Positions 11,073 to 23,135 of a stretch of DNA of 36,738 bases are shown here, piece by piece. A program made the position numbers and the translations under genes. Position 1 is the stretch's first letter. Each line of letters opens with the position of its first letter. Source of the DNA: Octopus bimaculoides (taxonomy: Eukaryota); assembly GCF_001194135.2 (NCBI RefSeq), contig NC_068993.1, positions 54,610,808 through 54,647,545 on the forward strand. Reading direction: 5' to 3'. The notes below the pieces were generated by a model, which saw only the letters and a list, made by a program, of their open reading frames with translations, was not told the DNA's origin and did not search any database.

Positions 11073-11618
11073 AAAATGTTAAAAAACACAGTAAAAGAAG
11101 AAAAATACGAAGAGAAATTGGGAAACAATTATGAGTTGTTTTGAGGGGAAGATAAGGTTTAATTCGAACAGTTAGTCGACTGTCGGTTAGTTAGATCATC
11201 TACCTTAGACATCGTATGAACACAATGTCAAGGCTGCTTAAACGAGATTCGCTAAATGGAAGAGTGACTTGGGTGGGGAGAGGCAGTGAGAGAGAGAGTG
11301 AGAGAGAGAGAGAGAGAGAGAGAAAAGGAAGAATGAAAGAGTGAGAGGGAGAGAAAGAAATAGAGAGAGATTTTAAAATTCACACACAAACCCACAACTC
11401 TTCCAAACGTTTTAATACACACAGCAACACTCGTAGACATACGGACACACTCACACGTTTGTTGTTGTGTTTGGTGTGTGTGTGTGTGTGTGTGTGAGAA
11501 CTAGGGTGTATAAAAATAATCTCTTGCTCAGCTAGACAACAGAAAGTCCTCATTATATCTCACATTTTCGCTTCTTTAAAGCTCTCTGTCTTTCTCTCTT
11601 TCATTCTTCTCCTTCCGC

Positions 11619-11667
<49 letters not shown>

Positions 11668-11673
11668 CTATAT

Positions 11674-11999
11674 CTTTTATCTTTTACTTGTTTCAGTCAT
11701 TAGACTGTGGCCATGCTGGGGCACCATCTTGAAGAATTTTAGTCGAACTAATCGTCCCCGGTACTTATTCTTTGCTTTTTGCAAAGCCTTGTACTTATTC
11801 TATTGGTCTCTTTGCCGAACCACTAGGTTACGGTGACGTAAACACACCACCACCAGTTGTGAAGCGGTGTGGGGGACAAATACACACACACACTTTTATA
11901 TACGACGGGCTTCTTTCGGTTTCTGTCTACTAAAACCACTCACGAAGCTTTGGCTGGCCTGAGGCTATAGTACAAGACACTTGCCCAAGGTGCCATGCA
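11674..11999 (-). mobile_element. Family B SINE, 5'-truncated, with internal CA/TA microsatellite and complete 3' tail
   Basis: 11900-11999 matches the family B head region. 11674-11893 matches the tails at 15881-16085 and 6740-6852, which joins the two modules into one element. Confidence 0.85.
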
Positions 12000-12465
12000 A
12001 GGTAGGTTGATAGATAGAATGGACTGATGGATGGAAAAATAGATAAATAGATGCATAGATAGGTAGGTAGGTATGTGGGTAGGTAGACGTACAGACAGTT
12101 AATTAGATAGATTGACAGATAGATAAATAAAGGAAAGAAGAAGAGGAAGAAATAGAAAATGCAACTAAGTATTAGAGACACCGTACAAGTGGAAGCGGTG
12201 ATTAGCCAGGAAACCCTGATAACTCAATTCCATCTAGAGACAGAAGTTGCAGTAATAAGCCCCCCACTCCCATCGCTTTACTCTCAGGTGTATGTGTTAT
12301 TGAAATTTTGCTCTCAATCTCATTTACACATCCTGTAATTCTACATTATACACACCTCAACGTTATACATTTTTTCTAAATAACAGCCGCCTCAGGACAC
12401 ATTATACTTTAAAGTACTTACTGACATAGGGTTTATGGAAACAAAAGGTAAAATGTATGTAAGTG

Positions 12466-12466
<1 letters not shown>

Positions 12467-12539
<73 letters not shown>

Positions 12540-13190
12540 NNNNNNNNNNNNNNNNNNNNNNNNNNNNNNNNNNNNNNNNNNNNNNNNNNNNNNNNNNNNN
12601 NNNNNNNNNNNNNNNNNNNNNNNNNNNNNNNNNNNNNNNNNNNNNNNNNNNNNNNNNNNNNNNNNNNNNNNNNNNNNNNNNNNNNNNNNNNNNNNNNNNN
12701 NNNNNNNNNNNNNNNNNNNNNNNNNNNNNNNNNNNNNNNNNNNNNNNNNNNNNNNNNNNNNNNNNNNNNNNNNNNNNNNNNNNNNNNNNNNNNNNNNNNN
12801 NNNNNNNNNNNNNNNNNNNNNNNNNNNNNNNNNNNNNNNNNNNNNNNNNNNNNNNNNNNNNNNNNNNNNNNNNNNNNNNNNNNNNNNNNNNNNNNNNNNN
12901 NNNNNNNNNNNNNNNNNNNNNNNNNNNNNNNNNNNNNNNNNNNNNNNNNNNNNNNNNNNNNNNNNNNNNNNNNNNNNNNNNNNNNNNNNNNNNNNNNNNN
13001 NNNNNNNNNNNNNNNNNNNNNNNNNNNNNNNNNNNNNNNNNNNNNNNNNNNNNNNNNNNNNNNNNNNNNNNNNNNNNNNNNNNNNNNNNNNNNNNNNNNN
13101 NNNNNNNNNNNNNNNNNNNNNNNNNNNNNNNNNNNNNNNNNNNNNNNNNNNNNNNNNNNNNNNNNNNNNNNNNNNNNNNNNNNNNNNNNN

Positions 13191-13240
<50 letters not shown>

Positions 13241-13270
13241 ACACACACACACACATACACACACACACAT
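12467..13270. repeat. (CA)n microsatellite spanning a gap
   Basis: Directly visible on both sides of the gap. Confidence 0.95.
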
Positions 13271-13527
13271 AGAGAAAGGGGTGGGTGAGAAAGAGAGTCA
13301 TGGTTTTGTGTATAATAGTAATTATTTCAAGCTAGGTCTGCCGGGTCACTGAAATATTGGTGACACAATGCTAAGTTAGCGATGTGTAACGAACCAAGCG
13401 CCCTTTAAGGCATCCATTAGACGCCATACTCGACAACGTTCTGACATTGTCTGGACTGCGTCGGTGGAGGGACAGGCGCACGTTCTATGCTTATGTGATG
13501 CAACGAGCAAACAAACGCTTAACCCGT

Positions 13528-13647
13528 TCCTCCTCCTTCACCTCCTCCTCCTCCTGTTGCTGCTGCTGCTGATGTTGCTGCTACTATTACTGCTACTGCT
13601 GTTGCTGCTACTACTATTACTGCTACTGCTGTTGCTGCTACTACTAT

Positions 13648-13688
<41 letters not shown>

Positions 13689-13811
13689 TTACTACTACAA
13701 TTACTAATACCATTACTGCTACTACTACTACTACTATTACTGCTACTGCTGCTGTTGCTGCTGCTGCTTCTACTACTACTACTACTACTACTGCTACTGC
13801 TACTGCTGCTT

Positions 13812-13869
<58 letters not shown>

Positions 13870-13878
13870 AATTACTAC
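13528..13878. repeat. About 115-unit in-phase mixed triplet repeat (CTA/CTG/TTA/CTC)
   Basis: Directly visible. It produces the poly-L, poly-S and poly-V/A ORFs. Confidence 0.95.
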
Positions 13879-14219
13879 TGGTCCTAGATCCTTCAGGACA
13901 TCTCTTTGCCCAGTTATTCTTCCGCAGAACGTTCGGTTTAGGGGATCCATTCTTGTGCAAATAATTGCTGCTTAGCACCGGCCGACCCTTTGATGAAGAA
14001 AATTCTGATTTCATTCAAGCATAGTGTATCTAGGGCTACGTTATTCTATGTGTCCCAGCTTTATTTTAAACGCTCGGATGTATAGCTGATGAATGTTTGA
14101 TGCTTCTCTTTCTAGCGGTCCAAGCTGACCCGTAAAGGCTTCCTCGTTCACTTGTCGTACCATCGTTGATACAGCGGTAGATCAAACACCAGTATCTCAG
14201 CATTTGTAGCAATATAAAC

Positions 14220-14950
14220 CTCGACAGATTCCTATAATCTGCCAAAGCTCTTAACGTTTACAGTAATTTTGTTTCTATCTGGCGAACCGGAAATACTGTG
14301 TAGCAGGGAGAAAGACAGAACTCCCTAGTTGATTCTACCGGAAGTCGGATCAGGCGGAAGTTATAATCTTTTAATGTAGACAAAACTGTGGCACTAAATA
14401 GTTCGTGTTCTCTCGCCAGATATCTGAACCCAATATTATTGGTGCCGGTGAGGTTGTTGGGTAGGTAGAGGATGAAATAAGGTGTAAATAAGAGAGAACT
14501 TTTGGAGAGGGAGTTAGGGAAAAGAAAGAAGATGCCAGAATTTGATATGAAATGTATAGGGATGTGTTGAAGTGATGGACAAGTAAGTAATTGGTGTAAT
14601 TTTTTTAGTGGTTCTTGTGTGGGTGGGTTAGTTTGCTGGTATTAACTATCCTACCGTATGGGGAATGTAAGGTACCGTAAATAGCAGCTTCAAAAACAAA
14701 CTAAAGATATTTGATGGCGTAACTTAGTAGGGGACTATCATCATTATAGTTATTCCTGCAGTTCGTCATTTTGAGGAAAGTTGCAGCTTTGGACCAAGTG
14801 AAGACTGGTTTTGGGCACCTGATATCTGGAATGTTGTCGTGCAATTCACTACAGTATTGGTATGTCAACTTTGGTTTTGTGGTGGACAAGAGCGAACGGT
14901 TTTTGATGGGAAATACTCTGGGCGTCAAAGAAAATCAAACGAACAATTTA
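14220..14950 (-). mobile_element. Decayed non-LTR retrotransposon APE-endonuclease remnant
   Basis: My minus-strand translation gives, in the correct order: LIFFDAQSISHQK...KVDIPIL** (cf. ..NA.S...K...D...L.E), APIILGSDI (cf. PII.GDFN), LSTLKDYNFRLI, and LADYRNL (cf. SDH). Many stops and frameshifts; clade not assignable. Confidence 0.55.
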
Positions 14951-15314
14951 TTTCAGAGGAATTTCAGGACCACAATTTATGGAGGAATTTCAGAAATATC
15001 TGACTTAGTTGTGGCTGCCGGAAATTCTAAAGGCGGCCGTCAGCCGGGTCTGTTCGAAATGCACACAGGCAGTGAAACTGTTTTGCGTGCGCTCATTCAG
15101 TGTCCGTGTATTGCTGGTTTGTGAAGAATGTAGGTTTTGAAGTTCAAGTGTTGATTCTGATTTACTTACCAATTAATCGAATTCGAATGCTATCACCATA
15201 TGGCGACGGGTAGTGGTCAGATGCTTCAGCCAGATATTAGGGGCTTTTCAATGCTAGAGGCTTTCCGATTACATCTAGCTCCGAACGCGTTGGTTTTATC
15301 CTTGTCACCTGTGT

Positions 15315-15556
15315 AAGGCAGCGAGCTAGCAGAATCGTCAGTACGCCGTGGCAAAAAGTGCTGAGTGGCATTTTGTCTGTCTGTACGTTCAGAGTTCAAA
15401 TTCTGCCGGGGTCGACTTTGCCTTTCCTCCTTTCGGGGTCGACTTTGCCTTTCATCCTTTTGGGGTCGATAAAATAAGTACCAGTTGAGTACTGGGGTGG
15501 ATGTAATCGACTTAGCCCCTCCCTTGAAATTGCTGGCCCTGTGCCAAAAATTCGAA
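15315..15556 (+). mobile_element. Family A SINE with an internal 27-bp duplication
   Basis: Colinear with the other family A copies. GGGGTCGACTTTGCCTTTC(C/A)TCCTTT(C/T) is repeated at 15408-15434 and 15435-15461. Confidence 0.9.
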
Positions 15557-15880
15557 AAAATATCCTTGCCAGCTATGGTGGTCCATGTCTGCAGCGCTAT
15601 TATATTTTCCGCAATTTCCCGTTCTATATATTTCGCTACTTTTATTTTTTATTATACTGATTATTTTTTTATTACATATTCTCTCCTAATATGCCTGAAT
15701 TTCCGTTTATGTTGTGTCCAGCTGTTTTTTTGATTCTTGTTAATGGCCCCATTAAATCTTTTGGTCTTTGGTTTAAATAGCTTAACAGGAAGAGTTTACG
15801 CTTTTTCGGTAACATTTTTTCTGGCATTATTTTGCTGATGATTTGTTTAAGATTTTCTAGAGAGTTTGTTTATTGTATCT

Positions 15881-16085
15881 TTTATCTTCTAAATTTTACT
15901 TCTTTCAGTCATTAAACTGCAGCCATGCTGGAGCATCGCCTTGAAGACGTTTTAGTTGTACTAATCGCCCACAATACTTATTTGTTCTTTTGCAGAACAG
16001 CTAGGGTACGGGGACATAAACAAATTAACACCGGTTGTCAAGCGATAGTGAGGGACAAATACACACACACACACACACACACACA
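15881..16085 (-). mobile_element. Family B SINE 3' half, running into (CA)n and a gap
   Basis: TTTCAGTCATTAAACTGCAGCCATGCTGGAGCATCGCCTTGAAG...ACCGGTTGTCAAGCG...GGGACAAATACACAC is colinear with 11674-11893. Confidence 0.85.
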
Positions 16086-16262
16086 NNNNNNNNNNNNNNN
16101 NNNNNNNNNNNNNNNNNNNNNNNNNNNNNNNNNNNNNNNNNNNNNNNNNNNNNNNNNNNNNNNNNNNNNNNNNNNNNNNNNNNNNNNNNNNNNNNNNNNN
16201 NNNNNNNNNNNNNNNNNNNNNNNNNNNNNNNNNNNNNNNNNNNNNNNNNNNNNNNNNNNNNN

Positions 16263-16328
<66 letters not shown>

Positions 16329-17192
16329 AACAGACAAAGCTACATACATACATACAAGCACCTCAGAATTATTTGAAATATTGTTTTCAAAAATTCCTTA
16401 ATGAATATTCAGAACTGATTACCATATGCATGAACGAAGGACGCAAAACCCTCAAAGATTTCAAACCATTTATTAAGTGACTATGAATACAGGGACTGAT
16501 GTGAGTAACTTTCCCTGATGGCTAATGTGCATTTTGGCACCAAGATTGGATACTTGTTTGTCCTTAGGAATTACCGTTTTTCTACTACATTTCTCGAAAA
16601 CTTCATAAAATCGGGTTTCATATAATTATTCTCGAACGATATTCCTCCAATAATTACAACATATAAAATTATAAGAGCCGTGATATCGATTTTTTTTCGT
16701 AAACACTTTCTTCCTTCAAATAATCGTTATTACAGAACCATTTCAACTCTCAAAATACTATTACTAATCTTGTTACTGAAGTCGTTAAGAGTTTTATGTT
16801 ATGCTGTATCTTTGCTTGCTGTGTTTATAAAGAATTACGAAACGTATCAATTTTCTTATGCCATCTATTATAGAATAAACAAGAGGGTAGTCCATGAAAA
16901 TTACTCCACCGTGTGAATTTAATATTTTTAATATTCCTTCACACGACGGAAGAGTTTTTCAAATGAAGTCATAATAATTTTTTGTTCGATGTACACTTCC
17001 TCCATGTATCTATTGTTCTTTTGTTTATGCCACAAGAAATCAATTCTGAATATCATTAAGGAATTTTTGAAAATAAAATAAAGAATTCAAATGATTTTGA
17101 AGTGCAAAACATGCACAGCTTGTTAGGATATATGATATATGTATGTACGTATGAACATAAGTGCGTAAATCTCTTTCTATATATCTCCCTCT

Positions 17193-17234
<42 letters not shown>

Positions 17235-17373
17235 NNNNNNNNNNNNNNNNNNNNNNNNNNNNNNNNNNNNNNNNNNNNNNNNNNNNNNNNNNNNNNNNNN
17301 NNNNNNNNNNNNNNNNNNNNNNNNNNNNNNNNNNNNNNNNNNNNNNNNNNNNNNNNNNNNNNNNNNNNNNNNN

Positions 17374-17407
<34 letters not shown>

Positions 17408-18053
17408 GAAGGCTAAAGGAAAAATTATTAAAAATATTACTTAAAAAGAAACTTTAGAAAAACAGAACGACACAAAGCTTTTGGAAGGAACATTTCGAAT
17501 TGTGTGTGTAAGCGGTTTTGTTAAATTAGCGTTTGCTCACACAATACGAAAAATTCTTTGCAAAAAAATCACGTCATTCTGTTTTTCTAAGATTTAAAAA
17601 AAAAAAAGTTTATCATTTTTGAGAAAATTTTTCTTCAAATACTGTACTTACGAAGAATTGTTTTGCCAAAATTGATACATATGTGTGTGTGTGTGTGTGC
17701 ATGTGTATTTGTGTGCATGTATGTGTGTGTATCCTTGAACCAGGTAAATACTTTTAGAGGATACATTTCGCCCATAGACTTCAAATACCCCTAGTTGTCG
17801 CCTTTAAATAACCTGTGCAATACTTATTTCATAATATGTTTTATTCAACTTCACTCCATCCTCACTATCTATTTTAAACTCTTTCTCGACTCTCCTAATT
17901 GGTACAGAATCGTATATATTTTCCCAGCATTTTCCCCCTCTCACATGCTTCGCCTTTCTACGGTGCTTTCTCCTACCATGTCACGACTCAAATATTTTGC
18001 GCATACAATATTTTGAGAAATAGTACTCTGTGTAGTGCTGCTTTTGAAGAGCT

Positions 18054-18123
<70 letters not shown>

Positions 18124-18151
18124 TGGACGGGAGGCCGGTCTGTTGCAGGAA

Positions 18152-18280
18152 TACTCATTTTTATCTGCTGGGTGGACTGGAGCAATGTGAAATGAAGTGT
18201 ATTGCTCAAGTCCAGAAATCAAAACCACAGTCTTACGATCACGAGTCTAAAACTCTAACCACTTAACCACATGCCTTCAC
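18152..18280 (-). mobile_element. tRNA-headed SINE, family C (degenerate)
   Basis: The minus strand starts GTGAAGGCATGTGGTTAAGTGGTTAGAG (A-box-like). It shares GTGGACTG.AGCAA...GAAG.GT.TTGCTCAAG with 25290-25434. Confidence 0.7.
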
Positions 18281-18883
18281 TATACATATCAACACACACA
18301 CACCATACACATGCATGTCTACGTGCATTTATGATCGTACACATGTAGGCGTGTTGTGTATTTGTGTTTGTGAAAGTGGATGTGTTTATCAGATAAGCCT
18401 GTGTATTTGTGTATTTTGTTAGCTTGGCTAAAGGACGTAATAACTGGATATATATACTAAAATTAACCCCCTATCCTAGTTCCGGTTTGATATGATTTGT
18501 TCACGAATTCGTGACCAATACCCCAACACTTTAACTAAGACTCACCATCTCCTACCAAAACTAAAAGAAAGGGAGCTGAAAAGGTTGTCTATAAGAAGAC
18601 CTATCTACTGAATAGTTATTTGACATCCGGTTTGTTAGAAGAAATGGTTGGGCTTGAAATCTGAGAAACGGGTACAAAGATTACAAAGTAATTGCGTCAC
18701 AGGGTTAAATAACGTCTTGGGGGCATGGAAGGGGTCACATTTAGGATAAACAGTGTGATACACACACATACACACACACCCGCACATACACACACGCATA
18801 TATATACATGTGTGTGTATATATATTTATATATGGTCATATGCTTGCGCACACACACATACACACACACATGTATATACGTAT

Positions 18884-18945
<62 letters not shown>

Positions 18946-20473
18946 NNNNNNNNNNNNNNNNNNNNNNNNNNNNNNNNNNNNNNNNNNNNNNNNNNNNNNN
19001 NNNNNNNNNNNNNNNNNNNNNNNNNNNNNNNNNNNNNNNNNNNNNNNNNNNNNNNNNNNNNNNNNNNNNNNNNNNNNNNNNNNNNNNNNNNNNNNNNNNN
19101 NNNNNNNNNNNNNNNNNNNNNNNNNNNNNNNNNNNNNNNNNNNNNNNNNNNNNNNNNNNNNNNNNNNNNNNNNNNNNNNNNNNNNNNNNNNNNNNNNNNN
19201 NNNNNNNNNNNNNNNNNNNNNNNNNNNNNNNNNNNNNNNNNNNNNNNNNNNNNNNNNNNNNNNNNNNNNNNNNNNNNNNNNNNNNNNNNNNNNNNNNNNN
19301 NNNNNNNNNNNNNNNNNNNNNNNNNNNNNNNNNNNNNNNNNNNNNNNNNNNNNNNNNNNNNNNNNNNNNNNNNNNNNNNNNNNNNNNNNNNNNNNNNNNN
19401 NNNNNNNNNNNNNNNNNNNNNNNNNNNNNNNNNNTTTGACGTTGATTATGTTTGACGATGTACTTTATAAAGATTTTAATCTAATATTAAGTGGGGCGTG
19501 TTAAGGAGGGTTTAATTCTAAGATTTTCATTTAACGTTCTAATGAAACACGTAGCTTTCGTTTGCTCCAACCCCTTCTATAAACGGCATTTTGATCTCAA
19601 TAATTAGTGAGGTCAAACAATTTATCTGATTTTGAATTGAATAAATAAATATGTGCAAAAATTGAAGGGCGTGGGATTGTGTACGTAATTGTAGGGATTG
19701 GTGGTTAAAAAGGAGAAAATAGGGAAGTATCGAATGATATAAGTTGTGAATAGAGGTTTCTAGTTGCTTAGGTGTTTAGGTATATAGTCATTATTAATGT
19801 GGGTGTGTATTACATCTTTCGTGACCTAACATTGTATATATGCGTACGCGCATATACATGCGTACATGGTAGGAATACATACATTCATAAATACATACAT
19901 ATGTGCATGCATACATACCTGCATAAATACACACATAGATATATGCGACATATATACATACATTGTATATACATATACATATATTCAGACATCCATATAT
20001 ACATACATAAATATATTCACACATGTATATTGGTAATTTATGCAAACTAAACCGAGATTACGTAGTCAATCTGAGTTTTCCTTTGTTCGTCAATCATACA
20101 GATCAGTAGGCTACAATGTAAGAAGGTGACACAAGGTGACGTAAGCGGTGTGGATCGCTGGTTGTCATTTGTCACGCATCAGTCCGGGGTGTCTTCTTTG
20201 AAAATCTCATAGAAAAATTTGGACGTATGCCTGAATATCGAGATTAGCTAATTCTGTTTGTTTCGGATTGTGATCGGATAGCGGTTGATATGCAGCTTCT
20301 CTCTAGGTCAAAAGTCATATATCTTTCATCCATTCTCCAGTACCTGTGCTCTATGAAACTATTCCGATGAAATTCTAGCGGTCTCTAGTTCATCTCTTAG
20401 TTTCTAAATACACTTTGAAAGCGCTGTGGTGTTTTCGAAGTGTGTACGTACGCCGCTATATGTATGTATATAT

Positions 20474-20618
20474 AAATTATAATACAAGGTATCAAGAGCA
20501 GTCAAATCCTGACTCTAAAACCACAATAAATGTCCGCATTTATTGTGGTTTTAGAGTCAGGATTTGACTGCTATTTTTTCAGCGTGGTGGTATCTCTTGA
20601 TACCCTGTATTATAATTT
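20474..20618. mobile_element. Fold-back / MITE-like inverted repeat
   Basis: Perfect 36-bp arms at 20497-20532 and 20537-20572 with a TCCG loop. Outer 25-bp arms at 20474-20498 and 20594-20618 have 1 mismatch. Confidence 0.7.
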
Positions 20619-23135
20619 TAAATAATTATTACCTTTGATGGTTTTTATTCCCATGCTGACCACTTGATAAGATCAATATTTTAAATATCGATCTTATCCT
20701 TATTTNNNNNNNNNNNNNNNNNNNNNNNNNNNNNNNNNNNNNNNNNNNNNNNNNNNNNNNNNNNNNNNNNNNNNNNNNNNNNNNNNNNNNNNNNNNNNNN
20801 NNNNNNNNTATATATATATATATATATATAAATGGACCAAGAACGTAGCAGGCGACAACAAAACATCCGGACAGTTAGACGATGCAAAGGACAAGAAAAA
20901 ACAAGGACGGGTCATTCGGAGCCTTCTATCGTCATTCGAGCTCGGAGAAATGTTACACAATTACATATACAAGCAACAAAACAATAACAACAGGTGTCTT
21001 TCGACTAAAGACGAATTAAATTAAGCTGGCGTGTGTGGAGTGAAGCCCTACGGCAGGAACATAACAGTTATGTGTGTATGTATGTATGTATGTATGTATG
21101 TTTGTATGTATATGTGTATGTGCGCGCGTATATAGCCATCCATCATCCATCCACACATATGCATATATATGTGTATATATACCTCTGTGTAGTCTATGCT
21201 TTGCCGAAGACTTCTGATAAAACTGAAACATAATCCAAGGTTGTTACTTTTGCAACAAAAGATCTGACTCGTTACAACACTGCGTATATTTATTTAATTT
21301 ACATAAAACCTTGGAAGTTCTCTCCCTTTTTCCTCTTGAGTGTAATTTTCAGTAGCGCTAATAACATTTCTTCTCATTCCAGCTACGAGTTTGATTGATT
21401 AAACGTTATTTTCTGCTCGCTATATTAAATACGGTAGCCGACACTTAACGATATTTTATAATTGAACTGTTGTTCCTCCGCCTTCTCATTACTACCGCCA
21501 CCACCATTACCGTTAATGTCTACCTTTTCTACCTTCCCATCTTTGACAATGTCGATCGTGTTGTAATTTTGATATTGTTGTTGTTATAATTGTTTATCGT
21601 TCAAAAGAACTAAGAAACGCTATTTACGTTAAGGACTCTTGCCAAAAACATTTGCATTATTCAGTGAGAAATATTCCAACTCTGTCACCATCCACTCGCC
21701 GACGCGTTTCATCATCCACCATATTGTATCAGTGAGTTACAGAAGGCAACGTCTAATAAGGGACGGACGGGATGATTCGTTTTAGGGAAAATTGATTAGA
21801 AAAGATCTAGAAGGATGCATTTTATTCGTTGCTTCCACTTGAAGTGACTGTTTGTCGCTCTAAGTAGAGAGAACAGCTCCTTAAAATAGCCATTATGAAC
21901 CGCCATTTCTGGTACTTTCATGAAGCAGACGATAAATAATGTGACGCATTAACACTTAAAATTTTGAAAGATGGCGGAGGATTTTAAAATAGAATTATTT
22001 ATTGGAAGAAATGGAGAAAAGTATTATTAATGATATCGTTGCTGCTGCTGCTGTTGTTGTTATTATTAATGATGTCGTTGCTGCTGCTGCTTCTGTTGTT
22101 AATTCTGATCGATCAGTCAATTACAAGGCACACAATCGGCTGACTGACAAGCAAACGACACACACACGCACACACACAAACGCACACGCACACATGCACA
22201 CGCGCGCACACACACAATATCNNNNNNNNNNNNNNNNNNNNNNNNNNNNNNNNNNNNNNNNNNNNNNNNNNNNNNNNNNNNNNNNNNNNNNNNNNNNNNN
22301 NNNNNNNNNNNNNNNNNNNNNNNNNNNNNNNNNNNNNNNNNNNNNNNNNNNNNNNNNNNNNNNNNNNNNNNNNNNNNNNNNNNNNNNNNNNNNNNNNNNN
22401 NNNNNNNNNNNNNNNNNNNNNNNNNNNNNNNNNNNNNNNNNNNNNNNNNNNNNNNNNNNNNNNNNNNNNNNNNNNNNNNNNNNNNNNNNNNNNNNNNNNN
22501 NNNNNNNNNNNNNNNNNNNNNNNNNNNNNNNNNNNNNNNNNNNNNNNNNNNNNNNNNNNNNNNNNNNNNNNNNNNNNNNNNNNNNNNNNNNNNNNNNNNN
22601 NNNNNNNNNNNNNNNNNNNNNNNNNNNNNNNNNNNNNNNNNNNNNNNNNNNNNNNNNNNNNNNNNNNNNNNNNNNNNNNNNNNNNNNNNNNNNNNNNNNN
22701 NNNNNNNNNNNNNNNNNNNNNNNNNNNNNNNNNNNNNNNNNNNNNNNNNNNNNNNNNNNNNNNNNNNNNNNNNNNNNNNNNNNNNNNNNNNNNNNNNNNN
22801 NNNNNNNNNNNNNNNNNNNNNNNNNNNNNNNNNNNNNNNNNNNNNNNNNNNNNNNNNNNNNNNNNNNNNNNNNNNNNNNNNNNNNNNNNNNNNNNNNNNN
22901 NNNNNNNNNNNNNNNNNNNNNNNNNNNNNNNNNNNNNNNNNNNNNNNNNNNNNNNNNNNNNNNNNNNNNNNNNNNNNNNNNNNNNNNNNNNNNNNNNNNN
23001 NNNNNNNNNNNNNNNNNNNNNNNNNNNNNNNNNNNNNNNNNNNNNNNNNNNNNNNNNNNNNNNNNNNNNNNNNNNNNNNCCCCTTTATGTTTATTCCCCT
23101 GTGGGCAATAAAGAAATAAATATAGTTATATAAGA

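Noticed and set aside
13464-14014. Poly-Leu, poly-Ser and poly-Val/Ala ORFs
   Set aside because: They are translations of one CTN triplet array in different frames.
14771-15124. 117-aa plus-strand ORF as a gene
   Set aside because: It has no recognisable motif and a non-ATG start. It is mostly antisense to the APE-like relic and is best explained as a shadow ORF.
18463-18708. TTAA-CCC ... GGG-TTAA resembling piggyBac termini
   Set aside because: Only 3 bp of TIR match beyond the TTAA, which is expected by chance in AT-rich DNA.
20895-20945. Minus-strand ATGACGA..GAAT, a possible hammerhead relic
   Set aside because: Two core positions are wrong and there is no convincing helix I or III.
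21665-21731. Possible exon ending in A|GTGAGT
   Set aside because: The acceptor context is poor and the peptides are unrecognisable.
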